64,000 nt of DNA. It comes from Bdellovibrionales bacterium. GTDB taxonomy: Bacteria; Bdellovibrionota; Bdellovibrionia; Bdellovibrionales; Bdellovibrionaceae. Positions within the stretch are counted from its first letter, which is position 1; each line of letters begins with the position of its first letter. The notes under the pieces were generated by a model. The model was given only the letters and a program-made list of their open reading frames with translations, was not told where the DNA came from and did not search any database. Positions 10,797 through 21,017 of the stretch are shown piece by piece. The DNA lies in contig JANMPT010000028.1 of the NCBI GenBank assembly GCA_031370005.1, forward strand, positions 96,001 to 160,000, in the 5' to 3' direction. Position numbers and translations under genes: made by a program.

Positions 10797-11698
10797 TGCT
10801 GTTTCCAGAAGTTACTCCCTCACAAAAACGTAAAAATTTCCGCGATCAATTAAAATCCGGAAGGCTCTTGCAATTTCCAGGCTCATGGTCACCATTGGTA
10901 AGTATGGCGATCGAAAAAGAGGGCTTTGACGGAGTTTATATTTCCGGCTCTGTGCTTTCAAATGATCTTGGTTATCCTGACATTGGCTTGACGACTTTGA
11001 CAGAAGTGGCAAATCGTGGACGCCAAATTGCTCGTACAACTAAATTACCAACCATCATTGATATCGACACTGGCTTCGGCGAACCTATGAGTGCCACCCG
11101 CACGGTGCAAGAAATGATCGAGATGGGGCTTGCAGGTTGCCATATTGAAGATCAAATCAATCCAAAACGTTGTGGTCACCTTGATGGCAAAAGCATCGTG
11201 GAAACACAGGATATGGTTCGCAAGGTGGCCGCAGCAGCCCGCGGTAAAAAGCTTGATGAGAATTTTCTTTTGATCGCCCGCACGGACGCTAGAGCTGTCG
11301 AGGGCCTAGACAAAGCCATCGACAGAGCCAAAGCCTATATCGATGCGGGGGCAGATTGCATTTTCACTGAGGCCCTTGAAAGCGAAAAGGAATTTGAAAC
11401 TTTCCGTAAAGCTGTCAAAGTTCCGCTCCTCGCGAATATGACTGAATTCGGAAAAGGCCATTTGTATACTTACCAACAACTTTCAGATTTGGGCTACAAT
11501 ATCGTGATCTATCCGGTTACAACTTTCCGACTTGCCATGGGGGCAACAGTTGCAGGACTTGCTGAAATCAAAGCCAAGGGTAGCCAAGAAGGTCTTTTGG
11601 ATAAAATGCAACATCGCAAGGACTTGTACACCCTGACTCGTTATGAAGAATACAATAATTTCGACACTAGTATCTTTAACTTCACCCTTAAGAAATAA
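10796..11698 (+). CDS. prpB: 2-methylisocitrate lyase
   Basis: DIDTGFG, KRCGH, ARTDA and LANMTEFGK motifs. Confidence 0.95.
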   Translation: MLFPEVTPSQKRKNFRDQLKSGRLLQFPGSWSPLVSMAIEKEGFDGVYISGSVLSNDLGYPDIGLTTLTEVANRGRQIARTTKLPTIIDIDTGFGEPMSATRTVQEMIEMGLAGCHIEDQINPKRCGHLDGKSIVETQDMVRKVAAAARGKKLDENFLLIARTDARAVEGLDKAIDRAKAYIDAGADCIFTEALESEKEFETFRKAVKVPLLANMTEFGKGHLYTYQQLSDLGYNIVIYPVTTFRLAMGATVAGLAEIKAKGSQEGLLDKMQHRKDLYTLTRYEEYNNFDTSIFNFTLKK

Positions 11699-11716
11699 GG
11701 CTGCTAAGGAGCAAAT

Positions 11717-12901
11717 ATGGCTGAGTATATCAATCCCGACTACGTACCCGAACCAGAGAAAATGAACGTCAAAAAAGGTCTTGAAGGCGCGGTGATCGAC
11801 ACCACTTCAGTATCGAAAGTAAATCCTGATACGAATTCTTTGGTCTACCGTGGCTACCCCGTTCAAGATTTGGCAGAAAACTGCTCTTTCGAAGAGGTCG
11901 CATACTTAATGTACAACAGTGAACTTCCGGACGCGACAGAGCTAGCAAACTTCACAAAAAAAGAACGCGGCTATCGTGAAATTTCTAAAACATTGCTGGG
12001 TGTGATAAAATCACTTCCAACAAAATGCCACCCAATGGATGCCATCCGCACTGCCGTTTCATTCCAGGGCTGCGAAGACCCACGTATCTGGGATTCCTCT
12101 CCAGCAACAGACATGGATAAAGCAATCCAATTACTTGCAAAAATTCCGACAATGGTTGCCGCTGACTATCGCTTCAAAAAGGGTTTAGATTTTATTCCTC
12201 CAAACTCTGATTTAAGTATCGCTGAGAATTTCTTTCATATGTGCTTCGGCAAAGTTCCACAAAAAGAAATCGTAAAGGCCTTTGACGTTTCATTAATCCT
12301 TTACGCTGAACATAGCTTCAATGCTTCGACTTTTACGGCACGAGTTGTGACTTCAACTCAGTCAGACCTGTACTCGGCAACGGTGGCCGGCATCGGTGCT
12401 CTGAAGGGCCCTTTGCACGGCGGTGCAAATGAACAAGTGATGCACATGATGATCGAAATCGCTGACCCAGCAAAAGCAGAGCAATGGATGATCGATGCCT
12501 TGACACAAAAACGCAAAGTCATGGGCTTCGGCCACAGGGTTTACAAATCTGGGGATTCACGCGTCCCTACGATGAAAAAATATGCCCAGGTCATGGCCGA
12601 CGTTATTGGCGAACAAAAATGGATGAAAATGTACAACTCACTTGAAAAAGTGATGGTCGATAAAAAGAAAATCTATCCAAATCTCGATTTCCCAGCGGGT
12701 CCGGCCTACTATATGATGGGATTTGAAATCGATTTCTTCACTCCGATTTTTGTGATGGCACGAACCACTGGCTGGTCAGCACATATCATGGAGCAAGCGG
12801 CGAACAATCGTATCATTCGACCACTGAGCGAGTATATTGGTCATGAACAACGCAAAGTGATTAGCATCAAAGAAAGAGTCACCACTCCAGCTCACCGATA
12901 G
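11717..12901 (+). CDS. prpC: 2-methylcitrate synthase / citrate synthase
   Basis: YAEHSFNAST, GPLHGGAN, MGFGHRVY and PNLDF motifs; prp context. Confidence 0.9.
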   Translation: MAEYINPDYVPEPEKMNVKKGLEGAVIDTTSVSKVNPDTNSLVYRGYPVQDLAENCSFEEVAYLMYNSELPDATELANFTKKERGYREISKTLLGVIKSLPTKCHPMDAIRTAVSFQGCEDPRIWDSSPATDMDKAIQLLAKIPTMVAADYRFKKGLDFIPPNSDLSIAENFFHMCFGKVPQKEIVKAFDVSLILYAEHSFNASTFTARVVTSTQSDLYSATVAGIGALKGPLHGGANEQVMHMMIEIADPAKAEQWMIDALTQKRKVMGFGHRVYKSGDSRVPTMKKYAQVMADVIGEQKWMKMYNSLEKVMVDKKKIYPNLDFPAGPAYYMMGFEIDFFTPIFVMARTTGWSAHIMEQAANNRIIRPLSEYIGHEQRKVISIKERVTTPAHR

Positions 12902-14447
12902 CGGATTTTATGGTCTGCATGATTTCGCCCCTATCCATCATGCCACGGATCGCCTCAACGTCTTTTGCGAAATAACGATCTTCTTTCGCAAAAGGCACTT
13001 GCAGGCGAATATGGTCATAAACCGCTTTTACAGCAGCTGTTGGTTTAAGCGGAGCAATCAGGTCCAGAGCCTGGCAGGCAGAAAGCATTTCCATTGCGAT
13101 AACATTTTCAGCATTGCGAAGAATTTTCTCAAACTTCCTGGCTGCGATCGTGCCCATAGAAACGTGATCTTCTTTTTCTGCTGAGGTTGGAATGGAGTCC
13201 ACACTCGCCGGATGGGCAAGCACCTTGTTCTCACTTACTAAAGACGCCGCTGCAACCTGCACAATCATGTGTCCGGAGTTCAAGCCGCCGTTTGGAGTCA
13301 AAAAAGCGGGAAGCTCGCTCATTTGCGGAGAAATCAATTTCGAAATACGACACTCACTGATACTTGCCTGAGAAGAAATTGCAATCCCAGCAAAATCCAT
13401 AGCATGTGCCACAGGCATTCCATGAAAGTTTCCACAGGACAAAACCTTATTGTCATCAACAAAAACCAAGGGGTTGTCCGTACTCGAATTCGCCTCGGTC
13501 TCAAGAACTTTCACAATATAACGAAGGGCATCTTTAGCCGCGCCGTGAACTGCTGGCATACACCGAAGACTATAAGCATCTTGCACGCGATGATCGTCAG
13601 AAATGTGGCTTTGGCCGATCTCACTTTTTGTGCCCATGAGCTTTAAAAGATTACGCGCTGTTTTTGCTTCGCCAGGATGTGGACGAGTCGCACTGATCAG
13701 TGGATCAAACGGTTTGCGAGAACCGCGAAGACCTTCTAAGGACATTGCTCCCGCAAGATCTGCCATCCATAAAAGACGTCGAGCCTCCCAGGCAGCTAAA
13801 AGACCAATAGCCGTCATCACTTGGCAACCATTGATCATTGAAAGGCCTTCTTTAGCCCTCAACTCAAGAGCTTGAATTTTTTTCTCAGCCAATACGGTTT
13901 TCACCGAAACAATCTGACCATTTTGCCAAACCTCGCCCTCGCCGATTACGGCAAGAGCTAAATGAGCCAGCGGAGCCAAGTCACCACTGGCTCCCACCGA
14001 TCCCTGACATGGAATTACAGGAATAATATCCATATTTAAAAACTCGAGGATCTTATCAACCACCACTGGGCGAATACCGCTATGTCCGCGAGCTAAGGCA
14101 TTCGCCCGTAAAACCATCATTGCGCGTGACTGAGTTTTGGTGAAGGGCTCACCAACTCCAGCAGAGTGAGATCGAATCAAATTGCGTTGTAGTTTTTCAA
14201 TATCCGAATCGGAAATACGTACAGAAGAAAAAGCACCAAAACCCGTATTCACGCCATATATTACCTCACCGTTTTTAATACGGCCCTCGATGTAATCGCG
14301 ACTTTTTTGCATCTCCGTGCGGGCCTTTGCCGCAAGCTCTACCTTGATCTCAGGTTTATTTGCAATTTCATAAAGATTTTCAAGAGTGAGACTCTCACCT
14401 GTTAATACCAGCACAAAAGGAGCAAGTTCAGATTTTCCAGTGCTCAT
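12879..14447 (-). CDS. hutH: Histidine ammonia-lyase
   Basis: MIO motif GASGDLAPL, plus YGVNTGFG, QDAYSLRC and EDHVSMG. Confidence 0.95.
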   Translation of the reverse strand: MSTGKSELAPFVLVLTGESLTLENLYEIANKPEIKVELAAKARTEMQKSRDYIEGRIKNGEVIYGVNTGFGAFSSVRISDSDIEKLQRNLIRSHSAGVGEPFTKTQSRAMMVLRANALARGHSGIRPVVVDKILEFLNMDIIPVIPCQGSVGASGDLAPLAHLALAVIGEGEVWQNGQIVSVKTVLAEKKIQALELRAKEGLSMINGCQVMTAIGLLAAWEARRLLWMADLAGAMSLEGLRGSRKPFDPLISATRPHPGEAKTARNLLKLMGTKSEIGQSHISDDHRVQDAYSLRCMPAVHGAAKDALRYIVKVLETEANSSTDNPLVFVDDNKVLSCGNFHGMPVAHAMDFAGIAISSQASISECRISKLISPQMSELPAFLTPNGGLNSGHMIVQVAAASLVSENKVLAHPASVDSIPTSAEKEDHVSMGTIAARKFEKILRNAENVIAMEMLSACQALDLIAPLKPTAAVKAVYDHIRLQVPFAKEDRYFAKDVEAIRGMMDRGEIMQTIKSAIGELEW

Positions 14448-15709
14448 TTTTTAGATCCCATTTTTTTGCGACCGCCACCAAAGTGACGCTTTTTCGGGCC
14501 ATAACCACCTTGTCTTTTTTCCATCGCAGCCTTTGCCTTACCAACACTTGTGACAGGGGCACTCTGGCTTTCTGCTGAGTGAAAAGGGTGATCTACGATC
14601 ACGGTCACTGTTTGACGAGTCGTTTTCTCAATCGCGTACAAATAAGATTTTTCTTCCGCCGTGCAAAAGGCAATCGACTTTCCTTCAGCTCCGGCACGAG
14701 CCGTACGACCAATGCGGTGAACATAACTATCGGGCAGATGCGGAAGCTCAAAGTTGATTACGTGACTAATTCCATCTATATCCAAGCCGCGAGCAGCGAT
14801 GTCTGTTGCGACCAAGACTCGAATTTTGCCACTGCGGAATTCCTCTAGCGCCCTTTGACGAGCCCCTTGCGACTTATCCCCATGGATACCAGCTGTTTGA
14901 AAACCTTGCTTGAGAAGTTTTTCAACGATGCGATTGGCACCATGTTTCATCTGCATAAAGACCAAAACTTTGTTCAAACTTCGATCTTTCAAAAGATGAA
15001 TCAACAGATCAAGTTTTTTACTTTTATCAACAAACATCACGGACTGTTCAATTTTCTCCGCTGTAGTAGCCTGCGGAGTCACCTCTACTTTACGAGGCTC
15101 ATGCAAAATGCGAGTTGCCAATTGCTGAACCTCACTTGGCATCGTCGCCGAAAAAAACAAATTATGACGTTTTTTTGGAAGCAAGGGAACGATGCGCTTA
15201 ATATCTTGAACAAAGCCCATATCCAGCATGCGGTCGGCCTCATCAAGAACAAAAATTTCAATTTTATCCAGACGCAAATGCCTTTGCCCAAAAAGATCCA
15301 TTAAACGACCAGGGGTTGCCACAAGCACATCCAGGCCGCCGGCCAGCTCACGAACCTGATTTCCTTGTCCAACACCGCCAAAAATTACAGAGTGTTTCAT
15401 TTTTAAATGCTTGCCGTAGGTTACCAGGCTCTGGTGAATTTGGATTGCTAGCTCGCGGGTTGGAGTCAAAATCAAAGCCCTGGGGCACTTAGGCTCACGA
15501 CGAATATGATTTTTTGCTAAAATTTGCAATATCGGCAAACAAAAGGCAGCGGTTTTGCCCGTTCCAGTCTGTGCCACTCCCAAAAGGTCATGCCCTTCAA
15601 GAATCAAGGGAATCGCCTGTACTTGAATGGGGGTTGGGGTTTCGTAACCAGCGTCTTTAAGAGACGCAAGAAGAGGAGCCACTAAGGGGAGATCAGTAAA
15701 TTTTGCCAT
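14444..15709 (-). CDS. DEAD-box ATP-dependent RNA helicase (RhlE-like)
   Basis: AQTGTGKT, PTRELA, DEAD, SAT and HRIGRTAR motifs; basic Gly-rich tail. Confidence 0.93.
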   Translation of the reverse strand: MAKFTDLPLVAPLLASLKDAGYETPTPIQVQAIPLILEGHDLLGVAQTGTGKTAAFCLPILQILAKNHIRREPKCPRALILTPTRELAIQIHQSLVTYGKHLKMKHSVIFGGVGQGNQVRELAGGLDVLVATPGRLMDLFGQRHLRLDKIEIFVLDEADRMLDMGFVQDIKRIVPLLPKKRHNLFFSATMPSEVQQLATRILHEPRKVEVTPQATTAEKIEQSVMFVDKSKKLDLLIHLLKDRSLNKVLVFMQMKHGANRIVEKLLKQGFQTAGIHGDKSQGARQRALEEFRSGKIRVLVATDIAARGLDIDGISHVINFELPHLPDSYVHRIGRTARAGAEGKSIAFCTAEEKSYLYAIEKTTRQTVTVIVDHPFHSAESQSAPVTSVGKAKAAMEKRQGGYGPKKRHFGGGRKKMGSKK

Positions 15710-15734
15710 TGGCTATTCTTTTAGCAATAGCAGG

Positions 15735-16388
15735 CTAGGATTTCAATAAGTCGATAGCTTTTTTGTAATCATTGCGAAAGATATAACTTCCAGCGACCAA
15801 AACATCCGCATCTTTACAGTACGCCATGGTCTTTTCGTTCACGCCACCGTCAACTTCAATTAAGTAAGTGTGTTTGCGCTGCTCACGCACCTCTCGAAGA
15901 ATTTTCATTTTTTCTACCTGATCCATCATGAAGCTTTGCCCGCCAAAACCCGGCTCAACCGTCATGACAAGAACAAGATCTACTTCGGATAAATAAGGCA
16001 TGATTTCATCAAAGGAGGTTCCTGGTCGCAGTGTGATCCCCGCTTTGGCCCCCAAGTTACGAATTTGCCTCAAAACTTCCCGTGGCTTCTCGGTCGCCTC
16101 CACGTGAATCGTTAAATAGTCACTGCCCGCCCTGACGAACTGTTCAACATATCGCTCAGGCCTCTCTATCATAAGGTGGACATCTAAAGGCAAGGTGCTT
16201 ACTTTTTTAAGTGATTCCACAACCGGAATTCCGATGGTCAGATTCGGCACAAAGTGACCGTCCATGACATCGACATGAACCCAGTCAGCACCGGCTAAAG
16301 CAATTGCCTTAAGTTCACTTTCAAGATTAGCAAAATCCGCTGACAAAATACTTGGCGCAATAAGCTTGGGTATAGTTTTAGGCGCCAA
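15735..16388 (-). CDS. rpe: Ribulose-phosphate 3-epimerase
   Basis: IAPSILSADF, HVDVMDGHFVPN, PGFGGQ and VDGG motifs. Confidence 0.97.
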   Translation of the reverse strand: MAPKTIPKLIAPSILSADFANLESELKAIALAGADWVHVDVMDGHFVPNLTIGIPVVESLKKVSTLPLDVHLMIERPERYVEQFVRAGSDYLTIHVEATEKPREVLRQIRNLGAKAGITLRPGTSFDEIMPYLSEVDLVLVMTVEPGFGGQSFMMDQVEKMKILREVREQRKHTYLIEVDGGVNEKTMAYCKDADVLVAGSYIFRNDYKKAIDLLKS

Positions 16389-17328
16389 AACGGTCTCCTG
16401 ACTTCAGAGAATGCCCTTTAAGAAAATCTTTCACCATCATCCGTTTGCGAGACTCCGGCTGCACTTCGTAAATATTCAAAGCTCCTGATCCACACTGAAT
16501 AGTAATAAATTCCTGATTCACATCAAGCACGACTCCAGGCTCAAGATGTGTCCCAGATATTTCGCTGACTTTTGTTTTATGGATTTTTAATTTCTTAGCA
16601 GCCTCCAAAGTATAAGTTCCTGGCCCCATGGTCAGCGCCCGAATCTTATTGTGTATTTCCACGGCCGTTAGTTTCCAATTAATTTCACTTTCCGTCTTTT
16701 CAATTTTATAGGCATAAGTCACTTGAGATTCATCCTGAGGATGTGGCACTAAATTGCCGCGTAAATAGTCCATTAATTCCACGCGCAAAAGATCGGCTCC
16801 CAGAACTGCAAGTTTGTCATGCAATTCCATCGCCGTGATTTCATCATCCAATGGAAACCGGCGAATTCCGATGATATCACCAGCGTCCAATTTTTTTACA
16901 ACTTTTTGCAAGGTGACCCCAGATTCCTTATCGCCAGCCTCAATACCTCGCTGAATGGGAGCCGCCCCTCGCCAGCGCGGCAAAACACTGCCATGAGCAT
17001 TCACAGCTCCAAAGGGAAACATATCAAGAAATTCCTGGGTAAGAATTTGACCAAAAGCTACGACAACTGCAACTTCAGCTCCCCACTTTTTAATTTCTGC
17101 AAGAATCAACGGACTTTTTTTCAAAGTTTCAGGAGAGATCACCCGCAAGCCACGGGCCACAGCTAGGTTTTTCACGGGACTTGGAGTCAGTTGCATTTTA
17201 CGACCTGCCGGCCGATCCGGCTGAGTTACAACTCCAACAATTTCAAAGTGATCGTCCTCGATCATAGCTTTTAAAGAAATTGTCGCAAAATCTGATGTTC
17301 CAAGGAAACAAACACGAACTTTACTCAC
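16378..17328 (-). CDS. fmt: Methionyl-tRNA formyltransferase
   Basis: TQPDRPAGR and NAHGSVLPRWRGAAPIQ motifs; adjacent to def. Confidence 0.96.
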   Translation of the reverse strand: MSKVRVCFLGTSDFATISLKAMIEDDHFEIVGVVTQPDRPAGRKMQLTPSPVKNLAVARGLRVISPETLKKSPLILAEIKKWGAEVAVVVAFGQILTQEFLDMFPFGAVNAHGSVLPRWRGAAPIQRGIEAGDKESGVTLQKVVKKLDAGDIIGIRRFPLDDEITAMELHDKLAVLGADLLRVELMDYLRGNLVPHPQDESQVTYAYKIEKTESEINWKLTAVEIHNKIRALTMGPGTYTLEAAKKLKIHKTKVSEISGTHLEPGVVLDVNQEFITIQCGSGALNIYEVQPESRKRMMVKDFLKGHSLKSGDRFGA

Positions 17329-17927
17329 ACTTTAACGCTTTCTGCTTCCTCTTCTTCAACTTCTTCAACATCTTTTTTGTCTGGGTAACCGTATTTTTTG
17401 ATTTGATTCTTAATCCTGTTGCCCTTGATAAAACTCAAGTGATCAATGAATAAGGTGCCCTCAAGATGATCCATTTCGTGCTGTATGCAAATCGCTAACA
17501 GACCATCAGACTTTACCAGAATCTCTTCGCCTTTTTCATTTAAAGCTTTGATCTCGACGTATTCAAAGCGCTCAACTGTTTCGTAATAACCAGGAAGACT
17601 AAGACAGCCCTCATCAAAGGTAGTTTTGCCCTCACCCTTAACAATTACTGGATTAATCAATACAAGTGGCTGGGTGATAGCTTGCTCTAGTTCCGTCATT
17701 TCGTCGTACTTATAGCGACGGCCTACTTTGTCCCGAGGCCGAGTATCAACAGCAAGCATGCGAATAAGTTCACCTACTTGCGGAGCTGCCAAGCCAATGC
17801 CCTGTGCGGCATACATTGTCTCAATCATATCCGCAGCAAGCTTCGTATGCTTGGCTGTGACTTTGTCCACAGCTTTAGAAACTTCACGTAAACGTGGGTC
17901 TGGGAATTTTAAAATTTCGAGAATCAT
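17325..17927 (-). CDS. def: Peptide deformylase
   Basis: GIGLAAPQ, EGCLS and QHEMDH motifs. Confidence 0.97.
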   Translation of the reverse strand: MILEILKFPDPRLREVSKAVDKVTAKHTKLAADMIETMYAAQGIGLAAPQVGELIRMLAVDTRPRDKVGRRYKYDEMTELEQAITQPLVLINPVIVKGEGKTTFDEGCLSLPGYYETVERFEYVEIKALNEKGEEILVKSDGLLAICIQHEMDHLEGTLFIDHLSFIKGNRIKNQIKKYGYPDKKDVEEVEEEEAESVKV

Positions 17928-17981
17928 ACTTCGACCTCCGTGACGGCCTGCATCTTGGCTCTAAATAGCGGTAATACCTGA

Positions 17982-19061
17982 TTATCTCTTAAGTCGCAAC
18001 ATAAAGAAATAGGCAAGACCACCCATCAATAGGTTAGGCGCCCAGGCGGCAAAAATAGGGCTTAAATGCCCATGAGTCCCCAAAGTTATGAAGGAACTAA
18101 GAAGTATCCAATAGGCAAATACCAGGGCAATGACGATTCCAACATTCATCATTGTACCCCCTGAGCGGGCTTTTCCCACGCTAAATGGGATTCCAAGAAG
18201 GCACATAACCAGGCCCGCGAAGGCAAAGCTATACTTGGAGTAATAATCGACCTCGTAACGAACGGTATCAAGGCCGGCCTCTTTATTGCGCTCAATAAAC
18301 CTAGAGAGCTCTGTTTGATTTAGCATATCCGAAGTTTGACCTGAGGAGCGAAGGTCCTTTGCGTCTTCGTCCATGGCGATTTTCTTGGTTTTAAATTGAC
18401 TGGTTAAAGGGAAACTCGAGTTGCCAGTGAAAAGAGTCACTGACCCATTAATCAGATTCCATGAGGAGCCCCGCAGCTCAACATTATCTGCCGTGATCAT
18501 CTGTAACAGATCCCAATTAGGACTAAAAAAATACAAGGTCAAGCTTTGTGCTGTGTCCCCCTGAAGACTTAAAGTCTTAATGTTAAAAATGGCATTTTTC
18601 GAACGATACCAAATTTTATTGGTCTTCACGACTGAGAAAAGTGAGGGTTTCTTTTCGATATCATTATACAAAATAAAATTCTTTTTCCGTGCCATGGCCG
18701 GCCCCACACGATCCATGGTGACAAATACCACAGCTGAAATCACCATTACCCAAACCAATAAAGGAAGAGTAATTCGAAATAAACTCAGGCCCGAAGCAAA
18801 AAGCGCCACAAGTTCATTGGCTTTATTCATAGAGGAAATCGTCAAAATTGTGCCCAGCAAACAAGCGATGGGTAGCATCTTATTGAAAATTTCAGGCACA
18901 TAGTAAATATAAAAATTAAATAAAACAGAGAGCGATAGCCCCTTGTGACTGACCATTGTAGACATCGCATCCACTGCAAGAAAAATCGTTACGAAGACAA
19001 GGCTGCCGCCAATAAAAAAAGCCCAGAATAAGCCAGAGACGTAACGATCGATTCGATTCAT
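17982..19061 (-). CDS. lptG: LPS export ABC transporter permease LptG (LptF/LptG family)
   Basis: IDRY start, NELVALFASG, six TM segments with a central periplasmic domain, AAWAPN. Confidence 0.85.
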   Translation of the reverse strand: MNRIDRYVSGLFWAFFIGGSLVFVTIFLAVDAMSTMVSHKGLSLSVLFNFYIYYVPEIFNKMLPIACLLGTILTISSMNKANELVALFASGLSLFRITLPLLVWVMVISAVVFVTMDRVGPAMARKKNFILYNDIEKKPSLFSVVKTNKIWYRSKNAIFNIKTLSLQGDTAQSLTLYFFSPNWDLLQMITADNVELRGSSWNLINGSVTLFTGNSSFPLTSQFKTKKIAMDEDAKDLRSSGQTSDMLNQTELSRFIERNKEAGLDTVRYEVDYYSKYSFAFAGLVMCLLGIPFSVGKARSGGTMMNVGIVIALVFAYWILLSSFITLGTHGHLSPIFAAWAPNLLMGGLAYFFMLRLKR

Positions 19062-19109
19062 AAAACTATTATTGTTGACTCAAGACTAAATTCCTACTTT
19101 ACTTTGCTT

Positions 19110-20159
19110 ATGGCTTTACGCGTCTTATTAGCAGATGAAAGTTCCACCATAAAACGAGTTATGCAATTGGCCCTTCAAGATTTTAGTGTGGAGGTAAGGT
19201 CTGTTGCTGTGGGCCTTGATGTTTTGGAGGCAACAAAAGCCTTCAAGCCCGACGTCATTTTCGCCGATGTGCTTTTAGCCAAACGAAATGGCTACGAAGT
19301 CTGTGCGGAAATTAAAGCTGATGCAGAGACCAAAAATATTCCCGTCATTTTGATGTGGAGTAGTTTTATGGAAGTCGATGAATCCAAAATCTCTATGGCA
19401 GGCCCGAACGCCCGCCTTGAAAAACCCTTCGATGCCGAGGCTCTTCGCAAACTAATTCAGGATCTAGTACCAAAAACTCAAAACAACCCGATCAGCTCAT
19501 ATTTACAATTTCCAAAAATGCCGGAATTCAAAGAGGCCTCTATGCCGCCCCTCTCATCTAGGGCCTCAGAACCCAAAGCTTCAGGAAAAATTCCGGATAC
19601 TACTCCGGTGAATTTTGATCAATTTGACCCGACAGCAGCAGAAGATGAAGGCCTCTACAATATTCCTGAAGACGGCACAATCTCTGGTGTCGCTCGCCCA
19701 GATAAGAATCTTATGAAAATAACATCAGACGAAGAGTTCACATCTGTCCCCTTAACCTCCTTTCAGCAAAAAAACCAACTTGAAAAAGACGATGGATGGC
19801 TGAACCAAGATTTGAAGAAATTCAAAATTAAAATGCCAACTGAAGACGCTAGTCCCACAAATGATGATGATTTTGCTAAGAAGTTTGTCATTCCACAGGA
19901 TGATCTTGATAATGCGCACATTAAAGCTGATGGTGAGTTCGAAGAAATTCACTTTGGCAAAGATGAAACTAGAATTCAGATCACCCCTCGGCCCAATGCC
20001 ACATCCCAAACAACACCGGACATAGAAATGATTGAGCGAGTCATTCGCGAAGAAGCTCGAGAAGTCATTGAAAGTATCTGCTGGAAAGTGATACCAGAGA
20101 TAGCTGAACGAATCGTCCGGGAAGAGATCACTAAAATCCTCCGCGACGTCGAAAAATAA
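19110..20159 (+). CDS. romR: RomR-like polarity response regulator
   Basis: N-terminal receiver domain, long Pro/acidic linker, C-terminal helix REVIESICWKVIPEIAERIVREEI typical of RomR. ATG at 19110 chosen over TTG at 19104. Confidence 0.8.
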   Translation: MALRVLLADESSTIKRVMQLALQDFSVEVRSVAVGLDVLEATKAFKPDVIFADVLLAKRNGYEVCAEIKADAETKNIPVILMWSSFMEVDESKISMAGPNARLEKPFDAEALRKLIQDLVPKTQNNPISSYLQFPKMPEFKEASMPPLSSRASEPKASGKIPDTTPVNFDQFDPTAAEDEGLYNIPEDGTISGVARPDKNLMKITSDEEFTSVPLTSFQQKNQLEKDDGWLNQDLKKFKIKMPTEDASPTNDDDFAKKFVIPQDDLDNAHIKADGEFEEIHFGKDETRIQITPRPNATSQTTPDIEMIERVIREEAREVIESICWKVIPEIAERIVREEITKILRDVEK

Positions 20160-20192
20160 AACTAGATTTAATTAAAATTAGATGAGGTTGCT

Positions 20193-21017
20193 ATGACTCT
20201 TATAGAATTGATCCGTGCAGCAATCAAAGAGGACATGCCATCTGGTGATGTAACCACAGAGGCCTTGGCTTTAAAACCTCGCCAAGGACGCTCTCGGTTA
20301 AAAGCTAAGGAAGACCTTGTCCTCTCAGGCGCCATGGCTTTTGAACAAACCATACTAAACCTTGAGCCTAACTGCAAAGTGAAGTGGCACTTTGAAGAAA
20401 GCGATTTGGTTTTAAAAAACCAAATTATCTGTACGGTTGAAGGCGATCTTGTCCAAATCCTGAAAGCCGAACGCGTTGCTTTGAATTTCCTGGGCCATCT
20501 TTCAGGTATTGCCACCATCACTCGCCATTTTGTCAATGCCCTTAAAGGCACAAAGACCCGGATTCTAGACACTCGTAAAACCACACCTGGATTTCGCGAG
20601 CTTGAAAAAAAAGCTGTAGTTCATGGTGGAGGCCTTAATCACAGAATGGATCTTTCTACGGCAATTTTAATTAAAGACAATCACATTGCAGTCATGAAGG
20701 GTATTGCGGCAGCTGTCAGCCGAGTGCGCGAACATAGCCAACTGCCAATTGAAGTTGAGGCAACAGACCTCGAAGATGTAAAAGCCGCTGTGGCCCAAAA
20801 GCCTCAACGTATTCTTCTCGACAATATGGATAACGATACCTTGAGAAAATCTTGTGCAATTATCCCTGATGAAATTGAAACTGAAGCCAGCGGCAATATG
20901 ACTTTAGACCGCGTCCGTTCTGTTGCCGAAATCGGCATTGATTTTATTTCTGTGGGTGCCTTAACGCATTCTGCTCCCTGTGCCGATGTGAGTTTAGTTT
21001 TTGACTGGGAGAACTAA
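20193..21017 (+). CDS. nadC: Nicotinate-nucleotide pyrophosphorylase (quinolinate phosphoribosyltransferase)
   Basis: ERVALN, DTRKTTPG, IKDNH, LLDN, EASG and GALTHSA motifs. Confidence 0.96.
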   Translation: MTLIELIRAAIKEDMPSGDVTTEALALKPRQGRSRLKAKEDLVLSGAMAFEQTILNLEPNCKVKWHFEESDLVLKNQIICTVEGDLVQILKAERVALNFLGHLSGIATITRHFVNALKGTKTRILDTRKTTPGFRELEKKAVVHGGGLNHRMDLSTAILIKDNHIAVMKGIAAAVSRVREHSQLPIEVEATDLEDVKAAVAQKPQRILLDNMDNDTLRKSCAIIPDEIETEASGNMTLDRVRSVAEIGIDFISVGALTHSAPCADVSLVFDWEN

